The notes beneath the pieces were generated by a model. The model did no database searches, was not told the DNA's origin, and worked only from the letters and a program-made list of their open reading frames with translations. 64,000 bases of DNA from assembly GCA_963833125.1 (NCBI GenBank), contig CAWHWX010000007.1:26486-90485 (forward strand). The letters run 5' to 3'. Source of the stretch: Candidatus Bathyarchaeota archaeon. Its GTDB lineage: Archaea; Thermoproteota; Bathyarchaeia; 40CM-2-53-6. A program made the translations under genes and the position numbers. This document shows, in pieces, positions 1 through 10,631 of the stretch; position 1 is the first letter of the stretch; the number at the start of each line of letters is the position of its first letter.

Positions 1-2
1 TC

Positions 3-125
3 GACAGCGCGGTTCAGACAATTGTTGAAGATTTGGTGGAGGACTGTGTCGCAAAATCGGGCAAGAACAAGTCGGCTTCTGAGGCAGCTCTCGAACTCCA
101 GGAAGTCATAGCCAGAACTCGATGA
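3..125 (+). CDS. 3' end of a probable CsoR/RcnR-family metal-sensing repressor (partial)
   Basis: Frame from 3 reads DSAVQTIVEDLVEDCVAKSG...ELQEVIARTR*, resembling the CsoR C-terminal helices with a conserved Cys; lies directly upstream of a P1B ATPase. Confidence 0.55.
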   Translation, partial: DSAVQTIVEDLVEDCVAKSGKNKSASEAALELQEVIARTR

Positions 126-261
126 CACATATACCTCAAAGAAGGCGAGAATCTTAACCATAAGCAATAGGCGGCAAGAAATTGCACAAGACAAAGAAGA
201 TAATCAGGCCGGGGAAGAACACGAGCAGAACACGTCGAGAGAGCTGCTACGACTTTCGCTG

Positions 262-2055
262 TTGGGCGTTGCCGCCCTGCTCAGCTGGATCGGAATATGG
301 CGTACACTCATACCGATAGACCTCATTGCGATACTCGCGAGCTTAGTAGGTGGCTATCCAGTCTACAAAGAAACCTTCGGAGCCCTCAGACACGGTCACG
401 TAAACATGGAAGTGTCCATGACTGTTGCCATCTTTGCTTCACTCGCTGTCGGACAATATACCGTGTCGGTTGTAATCACATTCTTCGTCCTCCTATCAGA
501 ATACATCGAGACCTACGCAGTCGACAAAGGACGACAAACCATAACCCTGCTCGAAAAGTCAGCCCCAAAAAGAGCCCTTGTTAGACGCAACGGTACCGAA
601 ATTGAAGTGGACACACAATCTCTCCAACCCAACGATATCGTCATCGTGAGAGATGGCGAACGCATACCTGTGGACGGAACGATCGTCATTGGGACAGCAT
701 TCGTAAATCAATCAATGATGACTGGCGAATCAACTAGACTCGAGAAGAATAGTGGTGATACGGTTTACGCTGGAAGCATAAATGAATCAGGCATCATCGA
801 GGTGCGAACAGACAACGTTGGTAGCGAAACTCTATTCGGAAAGATCATCAAACTTGTAGAAGAAGCGGAGAACAAGAAAGCCCCAATACAGAAGACCTCG
901 GACAAGCTTGCTACGTGGCTCGTTGAATTTGCGATTGGGTTCTCTGCGCTCACCTTTGTATTGACAAGAAATCTAACCTCCACGCTTTCAGTCATTGTAG
1001 TAGCTGGTGCCTGTGGAGTCGCTGCCGGAACACCGCTTGCGATTGTTGCAATCATGGGCAAGGCCGCGAAGAAGGGTGCCATCATCAAGGGAGGAGCATA
1101 CGTCGAGGAAATGAACAGAATTGATACCGTTGTAATTGACAAGACGGGAACTCTCACTTTCGGAGATGCCGTAGTTACGAAGATTATCGCTTTCGATGGA
1201 TATACGCAACAAAAGATCCTGGAATATGCGGCTGTGGCGGAAAGGCACTCCAATCATCCGCTTGCGCGGGCGATAGCTGGCAAAGCGGCTGAGTTGGGAA
1301 TCGTTCTTCCCAGTTCTGGGCAGCCCTCGTCCAATTATCTTCCCGGTAAGGGAATAGTCTCAGTCTACGGCGGAGAAGAAAACGTGGTGGGAAACAACGT
1401 TCTGATGATGGAGAAGAAGGTTAAGTTTCCGGCTGGCGGGAGCCAACTACTTGAGAGTGAGGTTTCAAACGGGGCATCAACAATACTTGTTGCCCACGCC
1501 GGAACAGTGTGCGGCATGATTGCAATATCGGACAGAGTAAGAGCGGAAAGCAAGAAAGCAATAGCGTCTCTGAAAGAGATGGGGATTCGCACCATAATGC
1601 TCACAGGAGACACCAAAGCAGCCGCAAAAGCAGTTGCGAAGGAAGTTGGGGTAGAAGAGGTTCAAGCCGAATTGCTTCCGGGAGACAAGGTTGCTTTCGT
1701 CGAAAGCCTTGTCGCCGAAGGTCACAGAGTGGCTATGGTTGGTGACGGTATCAACGACGCGCCTGCACTAGCGCGGGCTAGTGTCGGGATCGGAATGGGA
1801 GCAGGAACAGATGTTGCAATTGAAGAAGCGGACATCGTTCTGATGACCAATGACCTCCAAAAGATTGCCGATGTTGCGAAGTTGAGTAAGAAAGCCTATC
1901 GCACAATAATGACAAACTTCTATGGGACAATTATGGTAGACGGGATAGGTGTCACTCTTGCCTTCCTCGGGTTCCTAAGCCCGCTTCTGGCTGCAGGGAT
2001 ACACGTTGTATCGGAGCTTATCTTCATCCTAAATTCTGCACGGCTGATTAGGTGA
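262..2055 (+). CDS. Heavy-metal-translocating P1B-type ATPase
   Basis: TGES, DKTGT, HP, TGD and GDGINDAPAL motifs; the TM6 motif is GACG rather than CPC. The true start may be slightly upstream. Confidence 0.93.
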   Translation: MGVAALLSWIGIWRTLIPIDLIAILASLVGGYPVYKETFGALRHGHVNMEVSMTVAIFASLAVGQYTVSVVITFFVLLSEYIETYAVDKGRQTITLLEKSAPKRALVRRNGTEIEVDTQSLQPNDIVIVRDGERIPVDGTIVIGTAFVNQSMMTGESTRLEKNSGDTVYAGSINESGIIEVRTDNVGSETLFGKIIKLVEEAENKKAPIQKTSDKLATWLVEFAIGFSALTFVLTRNLTSTLSVIVVAGACGVAAGTPLAIVAIMGKAAKKGAIIKGGAYVEEMNRIDTVVIDKTGTLTFGDAVVTKIIAFDGYTQQKILEYAAVAERHSNHPLARAIAGKAAELGIVLPSSGQPSSNYLPGKGIVSVYGGEENVVGNNVLMMEKKVKFPAGGSQLLESEVSNGASTILVAHAGTVCGMIAISDRVRAESKKAIASLKEMGIRTIMLTGDTKAAAKAVAKEVGVEEVQAELLPGDKVAFVESLVAEGHRVAMVGDGINDAPALARASVGIGMGAGTDVAIEEADIVLMTNDLQKIADVAKLSKKAYRTIMTNFYGTIMVDGIGVTLAFLGFLSPLLAAGIHVVSELIFILNSARLIR

Positions 2056-2299
2056 AAAGGATCAGCCATTTCAGGCCCGCAACCTAAGTATCCGGTGGTT
2101 TCGTGTTGCGGCAACCGGATTAGCACCGTAACCCTGGCCCAATAGAGTATCATACCTCGATGGGGGGCGTTCCGTACTATGGAAGACGCCTAACTGAAAG
2201 TAACCTTCACGTACGACAAGTCTGGACAAAACTTGCCTAATCCGTGCAAAGTTTAAGGGGAAAACTGCTTCTACGGATGAGTGAAAATGCCGTTAGCTC

Positions 2300-4087
2300 G
2301 TGAGAAACTTGCCAATACGCCAACCAATAGTCGTGGTCCTTGGCCACGTGGACCATGGGAAAACCACATTACTGGACAAGCTGCGGGGGACGACGGTAGC
2401 TAAACATGAGCCTGGGCTAATCACGCAGTTGATTGGCGCCAGCCTACTGCCCAGTGAGACGATTAGGCAAATCTGCGGCGATCTGCTGCAACAGTTTCAT
2501 TTCGAGTTGAAAGTGCCCGGCCTCCTCTTTATCGATACGCCAGGGCATGAGACTTTCTCAAATTTGCGAAGAAGAGGAGGTTCGGCTGCAGATATTGCGA
2601 TTCTCGTAGTCGATGTCACGAAAGGCATAGAGCCCCAAACTGTAGAGTCGATAAATATACTCAAGAGTCGAAAAACACCATTCATTGTCGCTGCCAACAA
2701 GATCGATGCCGTTCCCGGATGGAAATCGCATCCCGACTCTTCGTTTCTCCGGTCGCTCAAGGATCAGTTTCCAGAAGTGCAGACGGAACTGGACAATCGC
2801 GTTTACACTATTATTGGGACCCTATCGAGGCTCGGTTTCCGCGCGGAACGGTTTGACAGAATAGCAGAGTTCAGACAAAACGTGGCAATAGTTCCAGTGA
2901 GCGCGAAGACGGGGGAGGGGATTCCAGAATTGCTTGCTATACTCACAGGCCTAACACAGGCGTACCTTGAGAACGAACTTCAAGTCACCTCCGGCCCAGC
3001 ACGTGGAACAGTATTAGAGGTGAAAGATGATCCGGGGTTGGGCACTACTGTCAACGCCATAATCTACGACGGATCGTTGAAAGTTCACGATACAATTGTT
3101 CTGGGTGGGCGTGACCGACCGATAGTAACTGAGGTCCGGGCCATACTCGTGCCCAAACCTCTCGACGAGATCAGGGATCCGAGGGACCGATTCACCAGCG
3201 TGCGTAGAGTTACAGCGGCGTCCGGAGTCAAAATCGCTGCACCTTCCCTAGAAAGCGCACTTGCGGGTTCAACAATCTATGCTGTCCCGAAGGGAAAGAA
3301 CACTAAGGAATATGTTCGAATCATCGAGGATGAGGTTGAGAAACTTCGAATAAAGACTGAGCGTTCCGGAATTGTCCTCAAGACCGACACTCTGGGGTCC
3401 CTGGAAGCGGTTACCGAGGAACTTTCACGACATGATATTCCAATCCACTTGGCAGATATTGGTGACGTTTCGAAGCGTGACGTCATTGAGGCTGAAACAG
3501 CCAGCGAAGAAGACCGTTTGTTGAGGGTGATTCTCGCTTTCAATGTCAAGGTCCTACCCGACGCTGAGGAGGAGTCGAAAACTAGTGAGACACCGATCTT
3601 TCAGTCGGACGTTATTTACCATATGATGGAGGATTATTTGAGGTGGAATGAGGAACAGCGCAGCGCAGGAGTAAAGGCTGAACTAGATGCATTAGTTAGG
3701 CCTTGTAAAGCTAAGTTTCTTTTAGGATTCATTTTCAGACGAAGCAAACCCGCAATTGTTGGTCTAGAGATTGTTTCGGGCCGTCTGAAACCGAAGTACC
3801 CTCTCATATCCTCATCTGGGAAGAAGCTCGGCCAAGTTCAGAGGATTCAGGATCAAGGCAAGGACGTAATGGAGGCGGTTGTGGGTGGTCAGGTGGCCGT
3901 TTCTATCGAAGACGGTGTTGTTGGCCGCAACATCTCAGAGGGCGACACAATCTATGTGGATGTACCTGAGAGACACCTGAAGACGCTTATGACGAAATTC
4001 CCTTCCGAACTTGTTGAGAGTGATCGGGAAACGGTGAAGGAGCTAATTCAACTTAAGAGAAGGGAAAATCCAGTCTGGGGGCTCTAA
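2300..4087 (+). CDS. infB: Translation initiation factor aIF5B (IF-2)
   Basis: [14 protein letters not shown] and NKID motifs; archaeal IRQPIV N-terminus. Confidence 0.97.
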   Translation: MRNLPIRQPIVVVLGHVDHGKTTLLDKLRGTTVAKHEPGLITQLIGASLLPSETIRQICGDLLQQFHFELKVPGLLFIDTPGHETFSNLRRRGGSAADIAILVVDVTKGIEPQTVESINILKSRKTPFIVAANKIDAVPGWKSHPDSSFLRSLKDQFPEVQTELDNRVYTIIGTLSRLGFRAERFDRIAEFRQNVAIVPVSAKTGEGIPELLAILTGLTQAYLENELQVTSGPARGTVLEVKDDPGLGTTVNAIIYDGSLKVHDTIVLGGRDRPIVTEVRAILVPKPLDEIRDPRDRFTSVRRVTAASGVKIAAPSLESALAGSTIYAVPKGKNTKEYVRIIEDEVEKLRIKTERSGIVLKTDTLGSLEAVTEELSRHDIPIHLADIGDVSKRDVIEAETASEEDRLLRVILAFNVKVLPDAEEESKTSETPIFQSDVIYHMMEDYLRWNEEQRSAGVKAELDALVRPCKAKFLLGFIFRRSKPAIVGLEIVSGRLKPKYPLISSSGKKLGQVQRIQDQGKDVMEAVVGGQVAVSIEDGVVGRNISEGDTIYVDVPERHLKTLMTKFPSELVESDRETVKELIQLKRRENPVWGL

Positions 4088-4088
4088 A

Positions 4089-4547
4089 TCATTTCAGCAA
4101 GAATTCGCGTTCAGTTGGTTTGGAATATTTCGTAATCTCGTTGCCTGAGAAGAAGATAGACATTTCTCGTTTCGCATTCTCCGGCGAGTCAGCTCCATGA
4201 ATAGCATTTGGGGTGACTTGAAGAGCGAAATCCCCTCGAATCGTTCCGGCTGCCGCGCTGAGAGGGTTCGTGGCTCCCACTAGATTTCTAACTACGGTGA
4301 CGGCGTTCGGACCCTCCCAGACCATCAAGAATACGGGGCCGGAGGTTACGTGCGATACGAGTTCATTGAAGAATGGTTTGCCTTTGTGCACGCCGTATAA
4401 TCTTTCGGCCTGATCATGAGACATTTGCAGCAGCTTTGCCGCAACCAAGAGGAGACCTTTTCTCTCGAATCGCGAGACTATTTCGCCAATTAACCCCCTC
4501 ATGACACTTTCGGGTTTCAGAAAAGAGAAGGTTTGCTCCGTTTCCAA
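4089..4547 (-). CDS. ndk: Nucleoside diphosphate kinase
   Basis: GTIRGDF and NAIHGADS active-site His motif; conserved L7Ae-S28e-L24e-ndk synteny. TTG start inferred. Confidence 0.95.
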   Translation of the reverse strand: METEQTFSFLKPESVMRGLIGEIVSRFERKGLLLVAAKLLQMSHDQAERLYGVHKGKPFFNELVSHVTSGPVFLMVWEGPNAVTVVRNLVGATNPLSAAAGTIRGDFALQVTPNAIHGADSPENAKREMSIFFSGNEITKYSKPTEREFLLK

Positions 4548-4558
4548 TGCTAACGGGC

Positions 4559-4753
4559 CTACTTGCCTCTTTCCTTCTTCCCATAGTAAAGGGTCCACTT
4601 TAGTTTACGTGGATCTCTCTTGTAGACCATCCTGCTCTTTCTGCATTTAGTCGAACAGAAATAGAAAATCGTCCCGTCATTTTGGATGAACATTATGCCC
4701 GTTCCCTGGTGGAAGTCCTTTCCACAAAAGGAGCATGTATAGGTTCTCGGCAA
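4559..4753 (-). CDS. rpl24e: 50S ribosomal protein L24e
   Basis: CSFCG...FCSTKC...PRKLKWT signature. Confidence 0.97.
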   Translation of the reverse strand: MPRTYTCSFCGKDFHQGTGIMFIQNDGTIFYFCSTKCRKSRMVYKRDPRKLKWTLYYGKKERGK

Positions 4754-4770
4754 CTTTCAGACGCGTCTCC

Positions 4771-4995
4771 CTACCTGATCTTCTTAGCTTCCCTTTCAGT
4801 TTCCCGAAGCATCAAGATATCTCCAGTTCGTATCGGACCCTTGATGTTTCTGGTAATGACTCGGCCCTTGTCCCGCCCCTCCAAGATTCTGACCCGTACC
4901 TGAATGACCTCCCCGGTCACACCAGTTCGCCCGATAATTTGAGTAACTTCGGCGGGTGTGATCGCTTCTTCGGAACGGTCCTTCGCCGAACTCAT
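4771..4995 (-). CDS. rps28e: 30S ribosomal protein S28e
   Basis: [12 protein letters not shown] and LRETEREA signatures. Confidence 0.97.
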   Translation of the reverse strand: MSSAKDRSEEAITPAEVTQIIGRTGVTGEVIQVRVRILEGRDKGRVITRNIKGPIRTGDILMLRETEREAKKIR

Positions 4996-4997
4996 GC

Positions 4998-5384
4998 CTA
5001 AGATTTAGCCCCAGTTTTCTTCAGTTGATCGATTGCGTCTGTAACTTCCTTAAGCGATTTTGCGCCTTCTCCAGCTTCGAGAACGGTGACGGCTGCGCAG
5101 CCAACATCAATACCCGCGGCTCGACCTAGGTCAAGCTTGCTTGGGACGAAGAGGTAGTGAATCTTGCGTTCGTCGCAAAGAATGGGTATGTGCGCAACTA
5201 CTTGAGGCGGGTCCACATCCTCTGCAATGAGGACAAGCTTCGCTACCGCTCTTTCAACGGCCTTTGTACTCTCGTTTGTTCCCTTCCTTAGTTTCCCTGA
5301 ATCCTTAGCGACCTGTACAACTTGGAGAGCCTTCTCCGAAAGCTCCTTTGGGACTTCGAACTTAACGTAGAACGATTTTGGCAT
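4998..5384 (-). CDS. rpl7ae: 50S ribosomal protein L7Ae (K-turn binding)
   Basis: [13 protein letters not shown] and IAEDVDPP motifs. Confidence 0.97.
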   Translation of the reverse strand: MPKSFYVKFEVPKELSEKALQVVQVAKDSGKLRKGTNESTKAVERAVAKLVLIAEDVDPPQVVAHIPILCDERKIHYLFVPSKLDLGRAAGIDVGCAAVTVLEAGEGAKSLKEVTDAIDQLKKTGAKS

Positions 5385-5556
5385 TCGCTTCACTGCACAT
5401 TTGCCAATTTATAGCGTAAGGTCATGTGGGCCTTTTATGAAGGTTTCTGCCACGAATCTTGGCTCACCCGGCTAGCGAAACCACTTCAGGAATCATTGTT
5501 CTGAGCAGAAAATGTAACCGATTAACTGATTTGTTATGAAACTTGAATAGGCACCT

Positions 5557-5967
5557 GTGCCCCACTTGCGACACCTTGTCGTCGCGAGATGGACTCTGAT
5601 ACCGATGATCTCCGCGAGTGACGTACTTCAAGCGATCAGCGAGATTCACCAGTACTCAATGCTATTGATTGAGTTGAAGGACTCAACGACCGTAGGCATT
5701 CTACACTCTGGAGGCGATACAATGAGCTACTTCAAACTTGGAGGAGGTCTCAAACACTCAGAAAGAGTCGCTTTAGTTCGCGGCGTCAAAGAAGGAAAAA
5801 CCACTCAATCGCTTAAGGCATTAACTGTCGAAGAACTGATCCGTGAGGTGGAGGGAAGGAAGGCGAAACACATCTGGCTAGAGGCAGTAGGCGAGGAGAA
5901 GAGAGAACATGGATTCCTCAGCATCTCGGAACTCAAGTTGTTCCTCCGAAACAATCCCAGCCGCTAG
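5557..5967 (+). CDS. Hypothetical protein
   Basis: Only substantial ORF in the gap, with protein-like composition; the start is probably the downstream ATG (MISASDV). Confidence 0.55.
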   Translation: MPHLRHLVVARWTLIPMISASDVLQAISEIHQYSMLLIELKDSTTVGILHSGGDTMSYFKLGGGLKHSERVALVRGVKEGKTTQSLKALTVEELIREVEGRKAKHIWLEAVGEEKREHGFLSISELKLFLRNNPSR

Positions 5968-6127
5968 TCACGTCGACTCCCCAAGTCTTCCTAAACACTT
6001 AGCTCGAGGTTGCGGGCACCCGCTTCAATCTTCCTTCCGAACCTGATCAATTACCGTTTCTAATGTAATGTTAATAAAAGGCCCTCAGTCGGTAGTATCG
6101 TTCCAAACTTTCAACAAGGTCATCGTA

Positions 6128-6602
6128 TTGGCGAAATTCAAACTGATAGTCTCTGACCCAGCAAATGGGAAATCCTCGGCTAGCGAAATCGAAGGGCAAG
6201 GGCCCAGGCTCTGATAGGCCGATCATTGGGTGAAACGATAGACGGCTCGCCATTGGGAATCGCACAGTCCAGACTACGGATAACGGGCGGATGCGACAAG
6301 AATGGGATACCAATGCGAGGAGACGTACACGGTGGGGTAAAGAAGTACATAGTCCTCTCCGCCGGCCCCGGGTTCAAACCTCATCGACACGGGGAGAGAA
6401 GAAGGAAGCTAGTACGTGGACGAACAATAACCGACGAAACCTACCAGATTAACTTCGCTCTTACCAAGGAAGGGCCAGCTGAACCAAAGCGTCCCGCCGA
6501 GGCTAAACACCTGCTGAGCCACCAAGAGCATCCCCGTCAAAGCAACCGGAGAAGCCACGGACTAAGAAGGTAGCGAAAAAACCAGCAAAGAAGGGACGGT
6601 AG
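6128..6602 (+). CDS. rps6e: 30S ribosomal protein S6e (apparent frameshifts near 6200 and 6510)
   Basis: TTG-AKFKLIVSDP N-terminus joins ITGGCDKNGIPMR...GERRRKLVRG...QIN; Lys/Pro-rich tail. Confidence 0.93.
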
Positions 6603-6614
6603 GCGGAAAGTAAG

Positions 6615-7088
6615 ATGGATTTCAAAGTCAAGCAAGACACGTACAATCCGCTTCTCAAGCGGAAAGAAGTTAGCATTGAAATCGACCATGATAGCCAAGG
6701 CACCCCGTCGAGAGTAGACTTGAGAAAGGCGGTTGCGTCAAAATACAATACCAAGCCCGAGAACGTGTACGTGGTAGATGTCGAAACGCGAACCGGGACG
6801 CAGAATTCCGTATGCTCTGTAGAAGTCTATGACGATGCCGAAACTGCGAAGCAAACGGTCCGCAAATACATTCAGACTCGCAATCTTCCTCCTGAAGAAC
6901 GAAAGAAAGTAAGAGAGCAAGAAGCAAAGAAGGAGGAACCGAAACCCGAGAAACCTAAGGCCGCGAAACCCGCTGCTGAAGCTAAAGCTGCCAAGCCTGC
7001 TGAAGAAGTGAAGGAAGCTAAACCAAAACCGGAAGCTAAACCCGCGGGTGAGGCGCCAAAGAAAGGCAAAGATGGTGAGACAAAGTGA
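6615..7088 (+). CDS. rps24e: 30S ribosomal protein S24e with a long K/A/E/P-rich C-terminal extension
   Basis: NPLLKRKE, TPSR and VYDD motifs. Confidence 0.95.
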   Translation: MDFKVKQDTYNPLLKRKEVSIEIDHDSQGTPSRVDLRKAVASKYNTKPENVYVVDVETRTGTQNSVCSVEVYDDAETAKQTVRKYIQTRNLPPEERKKVREQEAKKEEPKPEKPKAAKPAAEAKAAKPAEEVKEAKPKPEAKPAGEAPKKGKDGETK

Positions 7089-7304
7089 GCGAAACCAAAG
7101 TAAGCGAGAGCAAACCGAGCGGCAAGAAACAACCTAAGGCTCGGCTAAGTGCCCTCTATGAAGTTGATTCCGAAAAGGGAACGATAAAGCTCAAGAACCG
7201 CAAATGTCCACGTTGTGGAAACATAATGGCATACCATAAGAGCTCCAGTTGAGCGTTGGACTTGCGGTTCATGTAGCTTCACTGATTTCGTTAAAGCCAA
7301 GTAA
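7085..7304 (+). CDS. rps27ae: 30S ribosomal protein S27ae (apparent 1-nt insertion near 7240)
   Basis: Read from the DNA: LYEV...LKNRKCPRCGNIMAYH, then in a shifted frame VERWTCGSCSFTDF; follows S24e. Confidence 0.92.
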
Positions 7305-7305
7305 C

Positions 7306-7824
7306 CTAACCTATCCTCTCCATCTGATCGAGAATCGCTTGGGCCTCTGCCTTCTTTGCCTCCGAGACCCTGACGAGAACAATCCCTTCACCCGGCTGTC
7401 CGTAGACAACTAACGCACCAAGCGGTGCGGACCTCACCGTTACAATCGTGAGTAAATCTTCCTCACCTTCGACTTCTATCAGATCACCACCACCAAGAAT
7501 AGCTCGCTTGACCGTCTCGCACGCTTCGACCTCGATCGTTCCCGCAGGGTTCTTGGTCCTGATCCTCCTCTGCGCTTTGAACTCGTAGGTCTTAGCTCTG
7601 GCCCTCTTTTCCAAGTTATCAATAATCATTAGATCAGCCCTGATTCCACTCTGAGTTGCATTTCTAGAGATGGAGTCTCCCACCAGAATCACCTTAGTCG
7701 GGTGCTCTTTGGCGATGACTTCCTTCAAGATTCGATTGCATTCATCCTCGTTTCCCGCTACGAGTACTCCAAGGGGGCGGCTGAGCGTTTCCCTAAGTTT
7801 TGGAGTTAATACGTACCTTGTCAC
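7306..7824 (-). CDS. GTP-dependent dephospho-CoA kinase (DUF359 family)
   Basis: VGD, NPAGTI, VEGEEDLL and YGQPGEG motifs; usual position after spt4. Confidence 0.92.
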   Translation of the reverse strand: MTRYVLTPKLRETLSRPLGVLVAGNEDECNRILKEVIAKEHPTKVILVGDSISRNATQSGIRADLMIIDNLEKRARAKTYEFKAQRRIRTKNPAGTIEVEACETVKRAILGGGDLIEVEGEEDLLTIVTVRSAPLGALVVYGQPGEGIVLVRVSEAKKAEAQAILDQMERIG

Positions 7825-7850
7825 GTGAAACAGCTTGCCGCTAAGAGTTG

Positions 7851-8036
7851 TCAGCGGACACGCACGGCGTATCGACCTGCGGTTTTGATACCCATCCTTT
7901 TCGCTACCTCGGACGTGTTAGCATCCACTATGACTACAAGTCCGCTCCAGTCGTCGCTAAGGTTCGTGGACTTGCAGTTCGGACAAACGGGGCCATTGCT
8001 GATGTACCTGCAATTCTTGCAGGCCTTATCGGTCAA
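7851..8036 (-). CDS. spt4: Transcription elongation factor Spt4 (RpoE'')
   Basis: ACKNC...CPNC...SDDWSG...GRYAVRV. Confidence 0.96.
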   Translation of the reverse strand: MTDKACKNCRYISNGPVCPNCKSTNLSDDWSGLVVIVDANTSEVAKRMGIKTAGRYAVRVR

Positions 8037-8608
8037 GAGGCCTTCTCCTCACGAACGACCTTCGTCCGCTTAATATCTCCCTCAATCCAGTCGAGCTTGC
8101 CGAGGAAAGGCTGACGCATCGTGATACCAATTTTCCCTCCCGCTCCACCGTGCGGGAAACTTACAGCGATAATTCGTCCTCTTACCATGTCACCTTTTCC
8201 TAGCTTCCGTTGCGATTCTTTGCCTACAAGTACACCATGTTTCTCATCGAAGGATATGTAGTCGTCCATAATCTGAGAAACATGTAGTAGTGCGTCTTCA
8301 GGTCCGATTCTGACGAAAGCTCCGAAATCAGTAACTTCTACGACTTCGCCCTCAACGACCTCGTGCATTTCAGGGTAGAACGACAGTAATTTGAAACTGA
8401 CCTTATGATATGTTGATCCGTCTCCGGGCAAAATCTTGCCCACCGGGTCCACGTCTACGTCTACCACAAGGATTACGTATCCTAATTCTTCGTCGACTAC
8501 GTTTTCATACTTTAGTTTAATCTGGTCTTTCGCGGCCTTATCTATAGGATGGCCGAAGCTTTGCGGCGGAATTCTAACTATGTCTTCTACGGTTACTAGT
8601 CTGAACAT
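8033..8608 (-). CDS. rpoE1: RNA polymerase subunit E' (Rpo7)
   Basis: VRIPP, S1 domain FGAFVRIGP and MRQPFLGKLDWI. Confidence 0.97.
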   Translation of the reverse strand: MFRLVTVEDIVRIPPQSFGHPIDKAAKDQIKLKYENVVDEELGYVILVVDVDVDPVGKILPGDGSTYHKVSFKLLSFYPEMHEVVEGEVVEVTDFGAFVRIGPEDALLHVSQIMDDYISFDEKHGVLVGKESQRKLGKGDMVRGRIIAVSFPHGGAGGKIGITMRQPFLGKLDWIEGDIKRTKVVREEKAS

Positions 8609-8639
8609 TTTGTTACCTTCGTATGAGCCTCATATTGGT

Positions 8640-9045
8640 CTAGAAGTAAGCAGGCTCGATTCCTTCGACTTCTAGTTTTGATTTATCTCTGAGGTACACA
8701 ACCGGGACGTTAATATCTCTTAGCCTCTTTTTCAGTTCAATGTCGTTTGTTGCGACTACGGCCCCGAGTTTTTGAGACGCCTTAACTATTGCGTCATCGA
8801 CTGTCTCGCCTGGACTGAGCGCCACTTCAACCACGTGGCAGCGTGATGCGAGCTGCAGCGCCAAAGACGCTTCCGCAGCACCTTCCCCTCCTCGCAGAGA
8901 TTTGTGTCAATTCACTCTTGACTGCCGAAGGAACTACAAGGTCGACTTTTTTCTGAAAGAGGTACTCCAATTCTTGGAAAATATCGAGATGGAATTGAAA
9001 CGGTATCATCAGGAAGTTGGAATCGAGAATGACTTTGACGGGCAT
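8640..9045 (-). CDS. PIN-domain protein, Utp24/Fcf1-like (apparent frameshift near 8880)
   Basis: ILDSNFLM...VPSAVKSEL joins VDDAI...VATNDIELKKR; typical position between aIF2-gamma and rpoE'. Confidence 0.9.
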
Positions 9046-9047
9046 TT

Positions 9048-10316
9048 CTATGCCTTCAGTGAGCCGAAACCGATCAAACGCCAGCTGTCTGCGATTCTGC
9101 GACTTACTGCGACCTTCGCTCCAGCATCTGCGCACACTGGTTTCTTGAGCACCACATCGACCAATGATTCGCGAGCTGAACTCACTACACCTGAAGTAAC
9201 GGTTGTCCCTACATTCAACACGAGGGCTTCGTTTGTTCTGATTTTCTCCACCGGAACAGCCAATTCGGTCCCTACCACTTTATCGAAAAGGCTGACTTCG
9301 AGCGTTATCTTGCCCACGGTGGGAGGAAGAGTGTCAACTTTTCCCGCGACACTCCCGACAAGGCCGTCGGACTTTGTGAGTGAAGGGTCTAGATCGGTGC
9401 CAAGGCCGACCAATCCTCCGCTTTTCGCTTCTTGAACCTGGCCTCTGCTAACGCTAAGACTCCTTACGGTAGTAAGTAACCGCTCGTACCTGGTCTTACC
9501 ACCTTCCTGAATTGGAATGCCAGGTTTTATTTCGATCTGGTCGCCGACACGAAACACACCCTGCACGATCGAACCCCCAATCACTCCTCCAACCAAGTCA
9601 TCGATTTCAGTGCCCGGCTTATTTACCTCAAAAGAACGCAAGACGTACAATCGGGGCGAGGCGGCAAAATCACGTTTCGGAGTAGGAATATTGTCCTCGA
9701 TCTCCTTCAGCAGCACGTCAATGTTAGTGCCGTGTTGAGCAGATATTGGAACGATTGGAGCTCCATCGGCGATCGTCCCCTTGACAAACGCCCGGATCTC
9801 CTTGTAATTCTCCTGCGCTCTCTCTTTTGTCACGACATCAATCTTATTCTGCACAATAACGAGTTTCTTAATGCCAACACGCTCTGCGGCAAGCAAGTGT
9901 TCTCTGTCCTGGGCCTGAGGACATTTTGCACTACTTGCAAGGACAAACAGTGCACCATCCATCAGTGCTGAGCCTGAGAGCATCGTCACCATGAGACTAT
10001 GGTGTCCAGGGCAATCTACAAAGCTCACTGCCCGTACGAGTGTGGCCTCGCTACCGCAGTTGGGACATTTTGGCTGTACTGTGTAGTTGCTCGGAGCTCG
10101 ACATTTTGGGCACTTGTAGATGAAGGCGTCAGCATATCCGATTCTAATCGTAATTCCCCTTCGTAGTTCTTCAGAATGGCGAGCAGTCCATTGGCCGGTC
10201 AGAGCCTGAACCAGCGTGCTTTTGCCGTTGTCAACGTGCCCAAGCGTCCCGATGTTCACTTCGGGTTGCACTACTTCCTCTGTTTTCCTCTCGGATTTGA
10301 GAATCGCTTGAGCCAT
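9048..10316 (-). CDS. eif2g: Translation initiation factor aIF2 gamma subunit
   Basis: QPEVNIG, GHVDNGKST, RGITIRIGY, Zn knuckle, DCPGH and WRLIGFG. Confidence 0.97.
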   Translation of the reverse strand: MAQAILKSERKTEEVVQPEVNIGTLGHVDNGKSTLVQALTGQWTARHSEELRRGITIRIGYADAFIYKCPKCRAPSNYTVQPKCPNCGSEATLVRAVSFVDCPGHHSLMVTMLSGSALMDGALFVLASSAKCPQAQDREHLLAAERVGIKKLVIVQNKIDVVTKERAQENYKEIRAFVKGTIADGAPIVPISAQHGTNIDVLLKEIEDNIPTPKRDFAASPRLYVLRSFEVNKPGTEIDDLVGGVIGGSIVQGVFRVGDQIEIKPGIPIQEGGKTRYERLLTTVRSLSVSRGQVQEAKSGGLVGLGTDLDPSLTKSDGLVGSVAGKVDTLPPTVGKITLEVSLFDKVVGTELAVPVEKIRTNEALVLNVGTTVTSGVVSSARESLVDVVLKKPVCADAGAKVAVSRRIADSWRLIGFGSLKA

Positions 10317-10631
10317 GTTAATGATCATCCATTTTTGCAGACTGGAACCGATCGGTTCAATATATGTGTGAGGGTAAACTAGCGCCAGAAATCTTCGTTT
10401 GTCAAACCCTAGGCTCATGATAATCCTAGAATCTTAATCTGCTAGAGCGCTTCAGATTCTGATTTAATCATAAGATTAATTAGAGCTCCCTCAACCAATC
10501 GCAACATGGCGAGGAAAAATGGGTGACCGCATTTGCTCACGAACCCTTTTCCCTGCGGCTAGTTAACGCACAACTAGCTAGAGCAGAATTGCACATCCCG
10601 TCTGAGTTTCTTGCATCAGAGGATTACGGAT

